From: Candidatus Bathyarchaeota archaeon | GTDB taxonomy: Archaea > Thermoproteota > Bathyarchaeia > Bathyarchaeales > Bathycorpusculaceae | DNA: 64,000 bases | Direction of reading: 5' to 3' | Assembly: GCA_963815095.1 (NCBI GenBank) | Contig: CAWFFH010000006.1 | Coordinates: 128,001 to 192,000 of the forward strand | Shown: positions 1 through 9,524 of the stretch, piece after piece | How the letters are laid out: each line of letters starts with the position of its first letter | Position numbering within the stretch: the first letter of the stretch is position 1 | Translations under genes and position numbers: made by a program | Notes under the pieces: model-generated | Seen by the model: the letters and a program-made list of their open reading frames with translations, nothing else | Database searches by the model: none | What the model was told of the DNA's origin: nothing

Positions 1-1
1 G

Positions 2-955
2 AAGTTCCAGCACATTCAAAGCACATCAATGAAAGCAGGCTTTTATGACGCTATTTCAGATTTAAGTTCAACTTTACTTGCCCTTGTAGGTTTTGGCTTA
101 GCCATATTGGGTTTTACAGGCGGAGACGCTTTTGCATCTATTTTCTTAGGAGTAATGCTGACTTACTTGAGTCTTAAACTGGTGAAGGTCAGCGTTATGG
201 AACTTAGCGACACCGCTTCAAAAGAGCTTATTGAAAAAACTAGAAAAATAATTCTTTCCTGCGAGGATGTGGTTAAAACGGAGAACCTTAAAGTTCGCAA
301 AGTTAGTTCAAAAGTTTTCATAGATGCGTCAGTTCAGGTTCCAAGTCTTATGAGTTTGGAAGACGCACATTCCTTAGCCTCAAAGATTGAAGCCTGCTTA
401 AAAGGCGCCTTTGGAAATGTGGATGCAACTATTCATATTGAACCCTCTGATAAAGAACGAAAAATGGACCAACTAGTCGAGAAGTTGGCCTCGGTTGATG
501 GCGTAAAAGAAATCCACGAAATCTCAACCATTTACGTCGGCGGCAAACTGTACATCACTTTACATGCTTACGTTAACCCTGAAATGTCTGTGGAAGAAGC
601 CCATAGAATCGCTGAAACCATTGAGGGAAGCATGCAAGCTGAGATTAAATCTCTTGAAAACGTTACTGTTCATGTTGAACCAGCAGGAGTTGCTATTCCA
701 GCCGCGGAAGTTAATGAAGTTCAACTAAGAAAAGTCGTAAATGAAGTAGCCAAAAATATTCTGGGTAGCTTGCGCATTAAACGAGTCTTAACTTATGCTT
801 CGGGAGGCAAACGGTACATTAACATTGACTGCTATTTCACCAAGCAGATTCAGATAAAGGAAGCTCATAGGATAGCATCACAAATTGAGAAGGAAACTAA
901 AGAGTACTTTGCGAACGCTGTGGTTACGGTTCATATTGAGCCTGAGAGCCCCTAA
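2..955 (+). CDS. Cation diffusion facilitator (CDF) family transporter with three tandem C-terminal dimerisation domains; 5' end lies outside the window
   Basis: Frame is open from position 2. It has TM segments (DAISD..., DAFASIFLG) and three repeats of AHxxAxxIE...(V/A)T(I/V)H(I/V)EP, typical of ZT_dimer domains. Confidence 0.85.
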   Translation, partial: KFQHIQSTSMKAGFYDAISDLSSTLLALVGFGLAILGFTGGDAFASIFLGVMLTYLSLKLVKVSVMELSDTASKELIEKTRKIILSCEDVVKTENLKVRKVSSKVFIDASVQVPSLMSLEDAHSLASKIEACLKGAFGNVDATIHIEPSDKERKMDQLVEKLASVDGVKEIHEISTIYVGGKLYITLHAYVNPEMSVEEAHRIAETIEGSMQAEIKSLENVTVHVEPAGVAIPAAEVNEVQLRKVVNEVAKNILGSLRIKRVLTYASGGKRYINIDCYFTKQIQIKEAHRIASQIEKETKEYFANAVVTVHIEPESP

Positions 956-1082
956 ATCTAAAAGAGTAGGCAACTGCCGAGAGCAAGATATACTTTTATG
1001 AAAAACCAGTTAAGTTTAGTTACAGTATGAAATAAATCAACCAATAAAACTTCGTTAAAAAGACAAAAAATTAATACTTTGC

Positions 1083-1112
1083 AAGAAAAAAAATAAAAAA
1101 AGGAAAAAGAGT
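1083..1112 (-). terminator. Oligo-T terminator tract downstream of the 1114-1863 gene
   Basis: The A-rich run aaaaaaaataaaaaaaggaaaaaga reads as a T-tract on the minus strand right after the stop codon. Confidence 0.5.
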
Positions 1113-1113
1113 T

Positions 1114-1863
1114 TTATTTAGTTTTGCGTCGGTATGCGTATGTTCCGAAGGCAATTGCAACTAATGCTAAAGCTACGACTATTGTTGCTATGCTTGAAAA
1201 TTCGGGAACTGTTGGTGTTGGTTCAGTTGTACCTTCGGGGGTAAATACTGCTTGGTAGCTGTAGGTGCTTCCGTAGCCGTGGTTAACGTTGTAGGGATTG
1301 TCTGTTGGTGTTGCTGTGAAGGGGTATCCGCCGTGGCTTAGGTTGGGTCCTGAAATAACCCAGTGTGAGAATACCCAACCGCTCGCGGGCGTAGCTGTCA
1401 GTTCAAGCGCTGATGCATCCTCTAAAGCATAAGTTCCTGGCACTGGACTTGTTGTTCCTCCTGCAGATGTTAAGACTATTACGATTGCAGCTGTGGCAAA
1501 ATTAGTGACCGGAACACCATTTGGGGGTACCTGTATTGGAACAAAGTTTGCTTGCACAGTATAGGTGACGCCTCCGCTCACGGGGATTGTGATTGAAGCA
1601 TCTGTGGCAGTGTTGGCGCCTTGATCAATGGAAAAGATCCAATCTTGGAATACGTAGCCTGTGTCAGGTGTTGCAGTAAATGTAACTGATGTGCCATCAT
1701 CATAGGTGTGAGTTCCTGCCGCTGGATCTGTTGATCCTCCGACAGTGTCCACCATGATTACGGTAGCTTGGGTTTGAGCGCTTAGAACACTAACGTTTAG
1801 CGCTGCAAGGAGTAATAGCGAGGTTATGAAAGTCAAAGCAAATATTTTTTTAGATTTCATCAT
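1114..1863 (-). CDS. Secreted/surface protein with two InlB-B/bacterial-repeat-like beta domains and a PEF-CTERM-like anchor
   Basis: N-terminal signal peptide; two GGxTxPxxGTxxx...TATPxxGxVFxxW repeats; C-terminal VPEF + TM helix + RRKTK. Confidence 0.8.
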   Translation of the reverse strand: MMKSKKIFALTFITSLLLLAALNVSVLSAQTQATVIMVDTVGGSTDPAAGTHTYDDGTSVTFTATPDTGYVFQDWIFSIDQGANTATDASITIPVSGGVTYTVQANFVPIQVPPNGVPVTNFATAAIVIVLTSAGGTTSPVPGTYALEDASALELTATPASGWVFSHWVISGPNLSHGGYPFTATPTDNPYNVNHGYGSTYSYQAVFTPEGTTEPTPTVPEFSSIATIVVALALVAIAFGTYAYRRKTK

Positions 1864-2117
1864 TTATTTTTTTCTCCAAAATAGCATGCTTGCTTGTTTC
1901 AATTTAACCAAATATTGTTATATTTAACTATGTGACTGTACCTACACAACAACAAGTAAACGACTGCTTCTTTGCAATCACAGCTACTCACCTCTTTATA
2001 TGCCGCAAAGGCGAAATCTGTTCTGATTAATTATTTTTTCTTTGAAACCTTTGCCACATAAACCTTTAATTCTCATATGCCTCTATATGAATAAGCAAAA
2101 TTTGAGGCGAGAGGAGA

Positions 2118-4346
2118 ATGTTATCTCGTTCAGCAATAGTTAAACTGAAAGCAATTCTGATAATTGACTTAATTATTATTGGCGTGGCTGCAGGAGCCTA
2201 TGTTTATCTTCAAGAACAAGGCGCCCTTGGAAGCGCCACTAAAGCCGCCAAGTTCACCTTAACTGATTTATCTATCTCTCCATCTGAAGCTTTCGTAGGT
2301 CAAGCAGTTCAAATTTCAGTTAACTTAACCAACATTGGCGATTTAGAAGGCAACCAAGCAGTAAACCTTGAAGTTAATAATGCTGTTAAAGATTCGACGA
2401 ATGTAACTCTTGCAGGTAACTCGACACAAATTGTCGAGTTTACCGATATTGAAATGGTGGCAGGAAACTATAGTGTTACAGTCGGGGATTTAACGGGAGC
2501 ATTTCTCATTAAAGATGCCCCGCCAGATTCCAGCAAAATTTTACTCTCAAATTTTATAAGCACACCCTACGAAGTTTGGGCATATGACAATGTCACTTTT
2601 TCTGCCATCGCCCAGAATCCATCAAATAAACCCGACAGCTTAACAATTAAAGTAACGGTTGATAACGTATTCGTAGGAATACTGGTTATTTCTCTAAATG
2701 CCGGAGAAACTCAAACTGTACAATATTCAATTAACGCATCCAACGCAGCAGAAGGAAAACATACAGCAGCACTAAACACGCTCTCTGGTTCATTTTATGT
2801 GGTTAAGACAGGATACCACACACTCATAATCAACCGCTCAGGAGGAGGCTCCACCCCGTTACCATTCACAATAAACGGCCAAAAAGAACAAACCGTTTAC
2901 CAAGCGCTACTGCCTATAGGAACATACACCGTTACTGTGCCTGACCCATTCAGTGTCGGAACAGGAGTGCTAGCCTTTACTTCTTGGAACGACGGCAGTA
3001 CAAATCCAACAAAAACTTTCACGTTAAGCAACCGTCAATTACTTGTTGTAACTTATACGTTAGTAAGCGGATACGCGTCCTGTCCTTCACTGTTCATGTG
3101 GAATGGAACAGGCTATTCTTATGTAACTGACGTTTCAAACCCAGGCTGGCTTGGATACATCGGCTACATGAATGAAGACGGCGGCATTGTAAATAGCGGA
3201 GGAAACCCCTGGGACTATATAAAACTCAACAATAACCTGATCGCTACAAACAATGATAACTTTGACATGACTTTGACTCAGCAATGGGACGAACTATTCT
3301 ATTTAGATTCAGCTTACATGCTGGTTGTTGACCACCCGGCAGGAACCAACGCATACACCTCGATGACAAACTACCTCAACAAAGGTTCAACAGGCCAAAT
3401 TTATACCGTAAGCAACAGTACCCTACTATCGCCTATCAGCGCCACAAACGAAAAAGGTCAAAATGTTCTGTCTCAAATCATAAAACAAGATGGAATTTAC
3501 ACGCCAGGAATAAATGGAGATGACAGCAAATCGTGGAACAACATAACCCAAAACCAATTAACTTTAGATTTAGGCAATTTATCTGCCGCTCCAGCCACAA
3601 AACTTGTAATTACGGGAATGGTCGATTGGGGCTCAGCCGACGCGTATTATGCTTGGATAAACGATTTCAAAGAAGCGGCTGCACAAGGACTTGTTCCCAA
3701 CGGCACGCAAATTACTCCCCCACCCACCATGGAAATTAAAGATGCAAACGGCAACTGGGTTAGCGTTCCACAAAGCAGTGAGGTACCTTTGCCCTCAGAT
3801 TATAATGCTCGAACTTTCATCGTCGACCTATCAGGACTTTTCCCGGCTGACGTGAAGAGTTACCAAGTTAGAATCACCAACTTCTGGAACGTTACATACG
3901 ATTACATAGGAATAGATACAACGCCACAACAAACCACAACAATTCAGAAACTAACACCTACTTCAGCAAATCTCAGCCAAATCTGGGACACCAACTCTTC
4001 ATCTTCAGGAGCTTTCACTCGATACGGCGACGTAACACCATTAATGCAAAGTGCGGATGACATGTTTGTGATTGGACGACAAGGTGACACTGTTAACATG
4101 CAATTCTCAACCGCCAACTTGAAAGCTCCTACACCAGGTATGGTGAGAGACTACTTCTTTGTGGTAGCATGCTGGTTTAAAGACCCCCCAAGCGCATGGG
4201 GATACGGATTCAACTTCACAGTAAACCCAATGCCTTTCATGGCTATGAGTGGATTCCCTTACCCAACAACTGAGAGCTATCCATACGTCGCAGTAAACTT
4301 AGCCTACATCCAACAATACAACACTCGAATAATACCTGCCCCATAG
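2118..4346 (+). CDS. Large membrane-anchored extracellular protein with CARDB/Ig-like domains and a conserved uncharacterised C-terminal domain
   Basis: N-terminal TM anchor; CARDB-like NLTNIGDLEG and LNAGETQTV; C-terminal motifs SCPSLFMWNG, VDHP, FTRYGDV, WFKD, PMPFMAMSGFPYP, YNTR. Confidence 0.8.
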   Translation: MLSRSAIVKLKAILIIDLIIIGVAAGAYVYLQEQGALGSATKAAKFTLTDLSISPSEAFVGQAVQISVNLTNIGDLEGNQAVNLEVNNAVKDSTNVTLAGNSTQIVEFTDIEMVAGNYSVTVGDLTGAFLIKDAPPDSSKILLSNFISTPYEVWAYDNVTFSAIAQNPSNKPDSLTIKVTVDNVFVGILVISLNAGETQTVQYSINASNAAEGKHTAALNTLSGSFYVVKTGYHTLIINRSGGGSTPLPFTINGQKEQTVYQALLPIGTYTVTVPDPFSVGTGVLAFTSWNDGSTNPTKTFTLSNRQLLVVTYTLVSGYASCPSLFMWNGTGYSYVTDVSNPGWLGYIGYMNEDGGIVNSGGNPWDYIKLNNNLIATNNDNFDMTLTQQWDELFYLDSAYMLVVDHPAGTNAYTSMTNYLNKGSTGQIYTVSNSTLLSPISATNEKGQNVLSQIIKQDGIYTPGINGDDSKSWNNITQNQLTLDLGNLSAAPATKLVITGMVDWGSADAYYAWINDFKEAAAQGLVPNGTQITPPPTMEIKDANGNWVSVPQSSEVPLPSDYNARTFIVDLSGLFPADVKSYQVRITNFWNVTYDYIGIDTTPQQTTTIQKLTPTSANLSQIWDTNSSSSGAFTRYGDVTPLMQSADDMFVIGRQGDTVNMQFSTANLKAPTPGMVRDYFFVVACWFKDPPSAWGYGFNFTVNPMPFMAMSGFPYPTTESYPYVAVNLAYIQQYNTRIIPAP

Positions 4347-4351
4347 TTCTC

Positions 4352-4368
4352 CCCTTTTCTTTTTTTTA
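4352..4368 (+). terminator. Oligo-T tract after the 2118-4346 gene (possible terminator or attenuator)
   Basis: ccccttttcttttttttaa immediately follows the TAG. Confidence 0.4.
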
Positions 4369-4473
4369 AAAAACAGCTAAAAACAGAAAAACAAATACAA
4401 ATGCGAAATTTATGTAAGATTTAAAAGGTTTCAACCTGTTACTTGCTTTAATAACTTCCAAAGAGACTATGGC

Positions 4474-5172
4474 ATGTCGTTGACACCTGAAATCCCAAAT
4501 CCATACGTAGGCTCATTTATCATAGGACTAATTTATGGATTAGGGGTTTGCACCGCCTCCTGCCTGCCATATATATCAGCCTACATTGCAGGAACTGGCG
4601 CAGGTTTTAAAAAAGGAATTAAAATTACTTTAATTTTTAATTCTGGAAGAATAATAGCATATGCTTTGATTGGTGCATTAATCGGGATGTTAAGTGGACT
4701 GGTGACTTTGCTAGCGCCTAACGCTTTGTCGCCCTTTCAAGTTTATTCTGCGTTGATATTTGGAGCAATAACAATAGCAATTGGCGCAAGTATTCTCTTG
4801 AAAACAAGAAAACCATACGAATGTAATATCAAAGGCACAAATGTTGCGGCATCTGGGAAAAAAAGGCGCTTCGGATTTGATTTTGGCGCCTTCACACTTG
4901 GTCTAAGTAGAGGATTAATCATCTGCCCACCCCTTGTTTCTCTGCTCTTAGTCTATGCATTACCGTTCTCCAACCCTGTAGGAAGTATGACTTTGGCTGT
5001 CCTCTTTGGATTAGGAACCGTAATCTCGCCCTTGTTAGTGCTTGGCGGAGTTACAGGTTGGTTACTAAACAAGGCGCCGCTATTTCGCAAATGGATCTCA
5101 CTATCAGGAGGCGGAATACTAATACTACTTGGAGTAATTACTATCGTTAATTCCGTAATTCAACCAAGATAA
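4474..5172 (+). CDS. DsbD_2/CcdA-like (TauE/SafE-like) membrane protein
   Basis: About six TM helices; CTASCLPY and ICPPL cysteine motifs; FNSGRIIAYALIGA and FGLGT signatures. Confidence 0.8.
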   Translation: MSLTPEIPNPYVGSFIIGLIYGLGVCTASCLPYISAYIAGTGAGFKKGIKITLIFNSGRIIAYALIGALIGMLSGLVTLLAPNALSPFQVYSALIFGAITIAIGASILLKTRKPYECNIKGTNVAASGKKRRFGFDFGAFTLGLSRGLIICPPLVSLLLVYALPFSNPVGSMTLAVLFGLGTVISPLLVLGGVTGWLLNKAPLFRKWISLSGGGILILLGVITIVNSVIQPR

Positions 5173-5191
5173 TTCTATAGGTGGGAAAAAA

Positions 5192-6217
5192 ATGGGTTTG
5201 GAACTACTTGGAGACCTATTAAGGCTCATGGTGCTTGCGGGACTTGGGGTAGCAGGGATTCTGAGTATTTTGATTTGGAAGAAAAACCTATCCACACGGG
5301 TAACTTTTCTCAGGTTTGTTATCCAAGCAGTTTCTTTTGCAGCAATATTCTATGTGCTTTCTTATACAATTCCGCCTGCGTCTGGAGGATTGCCACCCAT
5401 TGAGTTTCTTTACGTACTAGTTATAGTGTTGTCTATGACTCTTTTTTTGGGCAGGATTTTCTGCGGATGGTTATGTCCCTTCGCCCTTATAATGGACATA
5501 GAAAGCCTCGTTAGAAAAGCCCTCAAAATACCCTACCGAATAATCCCCAACAAACTAAACAAAATGCTCCATCAATCACGATACATCATATTGTTATTTT
5601 TCTTGCTAATGCCGGTATTGTTATGGTTTCTGAATCCCCAGCCAATCATGGTTTCGCCATTGATGGCTCAACTTTTAGCAGGTCATTTCCGACCCTACAG
5701 CATACTGCTTGACCCGTTAATTCCTTTTCTTGTCCCATGGAAAGGACAGCTTATTATAAACCAGGTTAACTTAACTTATCCTTATGCTTTGGACTTCATT
5801 ACTTATGTAGGCGCAAACATTGGGCAAGTAATAGCCATAGTGTTTGTTGGGTTAACGTTGGTGGGATCTTTTTTGTTTAGGCGTGTCTGGTGCCGTTTCT
5901 GTCCAACAGGCGCTTCATTGGCTGTTGTGAACAGGTTTAAGGGTTTTAAGTGGGCACCACTGCTTCATATTGACAAAGACGAAGAAAAATGCACCAAGTG
6001 CGGCGTGTGCAAACGCGTTTGCCCAGTACAAGTTAATGAAGTTTATGAGCAAAAGGGCGGAAAAATCAAAACCTCCCAATGCATGCTCTGTGTAAGATGC
6101 GTGGAAATGTGCCCATACGAGGAAACACTAAAAGTAAAGTTGGGTAGCAAGACCGTATTTAAATCAAGAAACTGGTTAGAACAACCTAAGAGTGAAAGAG
6201 GAAGAGAGAATGACTGA
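5192..6217 (+). CDS. NapH/MauN-like membrane 4Fe-4S binding protein
   Basis: GRIFCGWLCP and RVWCRFCP motifs; two C-terminal CxxCxxCxxxCP ferredoxin motifs; multiple TM helices. Confidence 0.9.
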   Translation: MGLELLGDLLRLMVLAGLGVAGILSILIWKKNLSTRVTFLRFVIQAVSFAAIFYVLSYTIPPASGGLPPIEFLYVLVIVLSMTLFLGRIFCGWLCPFALIMDIESLVRKALKIPYRIIPNKLNKMLHQSRYIILLFFLLMPVLLWFLNPQPIMVSPLMAQLLAGHFRPYSILLDPLIPFLVPWKGQLIINQVNLTYPYALDFITYVGANIGQVIAIVFVGLTLVGSFLFRRVWCRFCPTGASLAVVNRFKGFKWAPLLHIDKDEEKCTKCGVCKRVCPVQVNEVYEQKGGKIKTSQCMLCVRCVEMCPYEETLKVKLGSKTVFKSRNWLEQPKSERGREND

Positions 6218-7541
6218 CGAAACCGTTGGAAAAAGATACATGCCTGATATATCCCGAAAAGAAATTGATGAACTCAAAAGCACTATGAAAGCAGCATCTC
6301 AAAAAGTAATAGCTGATAACATCGAACGCATGAAAAAAGCCGATCCACATAGACCTGAAGCGATGAGTTACTTTGACGAAATCTCAAACCTGTTTGGTAG
6401 ACGCCAAGAGGAAATTGCGGCAGAGAAAGAAAAAGGCAAGAAAGTTATCGGTTACATGTGCCTCTTCGCTCCCACAGAGTTGATTCTAGCTGCCGACGCC
6501 ATCCCGGTTAGGGTTAACTCAGGTTGGTATGACACATCCAAACTCGGCGACAGAGTTGTGCCTGTAGAGGTCTGCCCAGTTATCCGCTCAACCATCGGAG
6601 CAAAAATGATTGAACTTTCGCCGTTTCTTGAACAGAGCGATGCACTTATTAGCGTTTTAACCTGCGATGGCATGACTAAACTCAGCGAAATCCTCAGCGA
6701 TTACAAAACAATTTGGGGAATGAACGTTCCTCGAATAAAGGATTCCACGCAGTCGTTGCATTTCTGGAATGATGAAATAAAACAAATGAAAGCTCAGATT
6801 GAACAGTTCACAGGCAACAAAATTACTCGCAAGAACCTAAAAGAAGCTATCGAAACAACCCACAGGGCGACCAAAGCTTTCCGACGCTTACAAGAACTGC
6901 GCAAAGGCTCACCTGTAATTATGGGTAGAGATGCCATGTTGGTTAACCAAACCTTCCTGTGGGATGATAAGAAGCGATGGACCGAGAAAACTGAGGCTTT
7001 ATGCAATGAGCTTGAAGCGAGGGCGCAACGGAAAGATTGGGTTTCCCCTCCGGACACTCCAAGAGTCATGATTACTGGCACGCCGATGTTTTGGCCTGAC
7101 AGTTGGAAATTGCCTACGTTGGTTGAGGAAAGTAATCCTCGGGGCGTTATCGTTGCAGACGAATTATGTTCAGGCGAGAGAATACTAAACGACCCCGTCG
7201 GCGTTGACGAATGGTCAATGGATGACATGTTAAATGCCATCGGCGAACGCTATTTGATGGCTTCCACATGCCCTTGCTTTACAAGCAAAGACGGGAACGA
7301 GGACCGTGTCAATTGGCTTCTAAATAAAGTCAAGGACTGGAACGTTCAAGGCGTAATTTATTATGTGGTCAGGGGTTGCATGCTCTATGCCATGGAATAC
7401 ACTCGAGTTAAAAAAGCACTCGACAAAATCAATGTACCAGTTTACTACCTTGACACTGAATACACACGCGAAGACGTTGGACAAATGAAGACCCGTGTAG
7501 AAGCGTTTCTTGAAATGTTAACCGCGAGGTTGGACTTCTAA
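6210..7541 (+). CDS. 2-hydroxyacyl-CoA dehydratase superfamily protein, double-cubane cluster (DCCP)-type reductase
   Basis: Seven-Cys pattern GYMC..PTE, VCPVIRS, TCDG, DELCSG, CPCF, GC; C-terminal GQMKTRVEAFLEM. Confidence 0.8.
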   Translation: MTDETVGKRYMPDISRKEIDELKSTMKAASQKVIADNIERMKKADPHRPEAMSYFDEISNLFGRRQEEIAAEKEKGKKVIGYMCLFAPTELILAADAIPVRVNSGWYDTSKLGDRVVPVEVCPVIRSTIGAKMIELSPFLEQSDALISVLTCDGMTKLSEILSDYKTIWGMNVPRIKDSTQSLHFWNDEIKQMKAQIEQFTGNKITRKNLKEAIETTHRATKAFRRLQELRKGSPVIMGRDAMLVNQTFLWDDKKRWTEKTEALCNELEARAQRKDWVSPPDTPRVMITGTPMFWPDSWKLPTLVEESNPRGVIVADELCSGERILNDPVGVDEWSMDDMLNAIGERYLMASTCPCFTSKDGNEDRVNWLLNKVKDWNVQGVIYYVVRGCMLYAMEYTRVKKALDKINVPVYYLDTEYTREDVGQMKTRVEAFLEMLTARLDF

Positions 7542-7543
7542 AA

Positions 7544-8329
7544 ATGATAACTGTTGGAATGGATTTGGGCACTCAAAGAGTGCAAGTTGTAGTCGTTAAA
7601 GACGGCACAGCAGTAGCCAGAGCTTGGGCTTTTTCAGGGTTTGACCCAACCAAAGCCGCTGAACAAGCTGTAGAGGAAGCCCTAAAACAAGCGAACCTAA
7701 AACTCTCCGAAGTTAACCACTTCGCAGCTACAGGCTCTGCCACTGACATGGCGCCATACGCCTTCAGCAAAGTCAGCATGATGAGTGCCGACGCAAAAGC
7801 AGGCATCTTCCTTGTCCCTAAAGCGCGAACAATCATCGATGTGGGTGCGGAGGAAGCAAGAGCTGTAAAATGCGACGAAAAAGGAATCATGGTGGATTTT
7901 GTCGTTAACGAACGCTGCGCTGCTGGCGCGGGAGCTTTCATAGAAGCTATGGCGAGAGCGCTTGAAGTTAAAACCGAAGAAATGGGTCTATTATCACTTA
8001 AGGCAGAGCGAGCGAGCCCCATAAACGCTTCATGCGTAATCTTTGGCGAATCCGATGTGGTTTCACTTATTCATCGTCAAGAATCCAAACCCGAAATCGC
8101 ACGAGCAGTATATGACGCGATGGCTGACCGAGTCTCATCCATGATCCACCGCTTAGGAATCAACCCCGAAGTGATACTTGTAGGCGGCGTCGCCAAAGAC
8201 CCGGGGTTTGTTGCATCGCTAAACCGCAAACTAGGTTTAACTGTCACGATTCCAGAATACCCAGAATACGTTGGGGCACTAGGCGCGGCGTTGATAGCCG
8301 CAACGCGCGCAAAGGAGCCACAGAAATGA
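7544..8329 (+). CDS. ASKHA-type ATP-dependent activase (BzdP-like benzoyl-CoA reductase/dehydratase activator subunit)
   Basis: GMDLGT, IDVGAEEARA, NERCAAGAGAF, CVIFGESD, VGGVAK, GALGAAL. Confidence 0.85.
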   Translation: MITVGMDLGTQRVQVVVVKDGTAVARAWAFSGFDPTKAAEQAVEEALKQANLKLSEVNHFAATGSATDMAPYAFSKVSMMSADAKAGIFLVPKARTIIDVGAEEARAVKCDEKGIMVDFVVNERCAAGAGAFIEAMARALEVKTEEMGLLSLKAERASPINASCVIFGESDVVSLIHRQESKPEIARAVYDAMADRVSSMIHRLGINPEVILVGGVAKDPGFVASLNRKLGLTVTIPEYPEYVGALGAALIAATRAKEPQK

Positions 8330-9228
8330 ACCAGCCAAAAGAGACAGAATTCTGGCGTTGGCAAGAATACCACCGCATAATGCCCAACAAGAAATGGACA
8401 AACAAAGACATAATCACTGCAGGCGTAGATGTTGGCTCAGTTGGTTCCAAAGCTGCCATCATGGTTAATGGTGAAGCGTACAGTTGGGGCATTACCCGCA
8501 CAGGCTCTAACAGCCCTGAAAGCGCCACCAAAGCCCTCAACTACGCATTGGAAGGTACAGGACTGAAAGCAAGTGACCTCAAATACATCGTCGGCACAGG
8601 CTACGGACGTGTCAACGTACCTATGGCAAACAAAGCCATAACCGAAATCGCCTGCCACGCAAAAGGTGCCAACTACATCTGGGGAACCAGCGTCAGAACC
8701 GTCCTAGACGTTGGTGGACAAGACATCAAAGCCATCCGAATAGATGAAACAGGCAGAGTTGTCTCCTTCTTAATGAACGACAAATGCGCCGCTGGAACAG
8801 GCAGAGGAATGGAAGTTTTTGCTGATTTATTGCAGATTCCCATCGAACAAATAGGCGATATTTCCCTCAAAGTGGAAAAAGAACCAGAACCAGTAAGCTG
8901 CACTTGTGTTGCTTTCGCAAAAACTGAAGCCATGGGCTTACTGCGCAAAGGCTGGACAAGAGAAAAAGTTTTGGCCGCATATACAAGGGCAATGGCTGTA
9001 CGCATGGCCAATTTAATTAACAGAGTAGGCTTGGAACTGGAACTAGTCGTCACCGGCGGACAATCCAAAAACAAAGGTATTGTTACCCGAATCGAAACCA
9101 TCCTTGGGATAAAAACGCTTCCGACTCCCAAGTGGCGCGAAGAAGGCAGCTTAGACCCCATGGTTGCAGGCGCATTAGGCGCTGCTTTACTTGCCAAAGC
9201 CCTCTACGAGAAAGCACAGAAGACATAG
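8326..9228 (+). CDS. ASKHA-type ATP-dependent activase (BzdQ-like subunit)
   Basis: N-terminal EFWRWQE; GVDVGS, GTGYGR, EIACHAKGA, DVGGQD, MNDKCAAGTGRG, CVAFA. Confidence 0.85.
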   Translation: MNQPKETEFWRWQEYHRIMPNKKWTNKDIITAGVDVGSVGSKAAIMVNGEAYSWGITRTGSNSPESATKALNYALEGTGLKASDLKYIVGTGYGRVNVPMANKAITEIACHAKGANYIWGTSVRTVLDVGGQDIKAIRIDETGRVVSFLMNDKCAAGTGRGMEVFADLLQIPIEQIGDISLKVEKEPEPVSCTCVAFAKTEAMGLLRKGWTREKVLAAYTRAMAVRMANLINRVGLELELVVTGGQSKNKGIVTRIETILGIKTLPTPKWREEGSLDPMVAGALGAALLAKALYEKAQKT

Positions 9229-9236
9229 GTGAAAGT

Positions 9237-9524
9237 TTGATTACGCATTACGGCTATATCGACGGTTCTGGCGAATACTTCATAGTAATTGACTCCAACA
9301 AATGCAGCGGCTGCGGTAAATGCGTTCAAAAATGCCCCCAAACTGCCCTTCAAATTGAGACCGAATTTATTGATCTTGAAGACAAAGTGGTGGCGTCAAT
9401 AGTGGAAGGGCACCGAAAAAAAATAAAGTACACTTGTACACCCTGCAAACCCGAAGGCAACAGTACGCCATGCGTGGTCGCATGTGAATCTGGAGCAATC
9501 AGGTGCATTTGGAATCCGTTATGA
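9237..9524 (+). CDS. 4Fe-4S ferredoxin of the type found in benzoyl-CoA reductase-like clusters
   Basis: TTG start after an AGGTGA RBS; HYGYIDGSGEYFIVIDSNKCSGCGKCVQKCP; second CTPC...PCVVAC motif. Confidence 0.8.
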   Translation: MITHYGYIDGSGEYFIVIDSNKCSGCGKCVQKCPQTALQIETEFIDLEDKVVASIVEGHRKKIKYTCTPCKPEGNSTPCVVACESGAIRCIWNPL

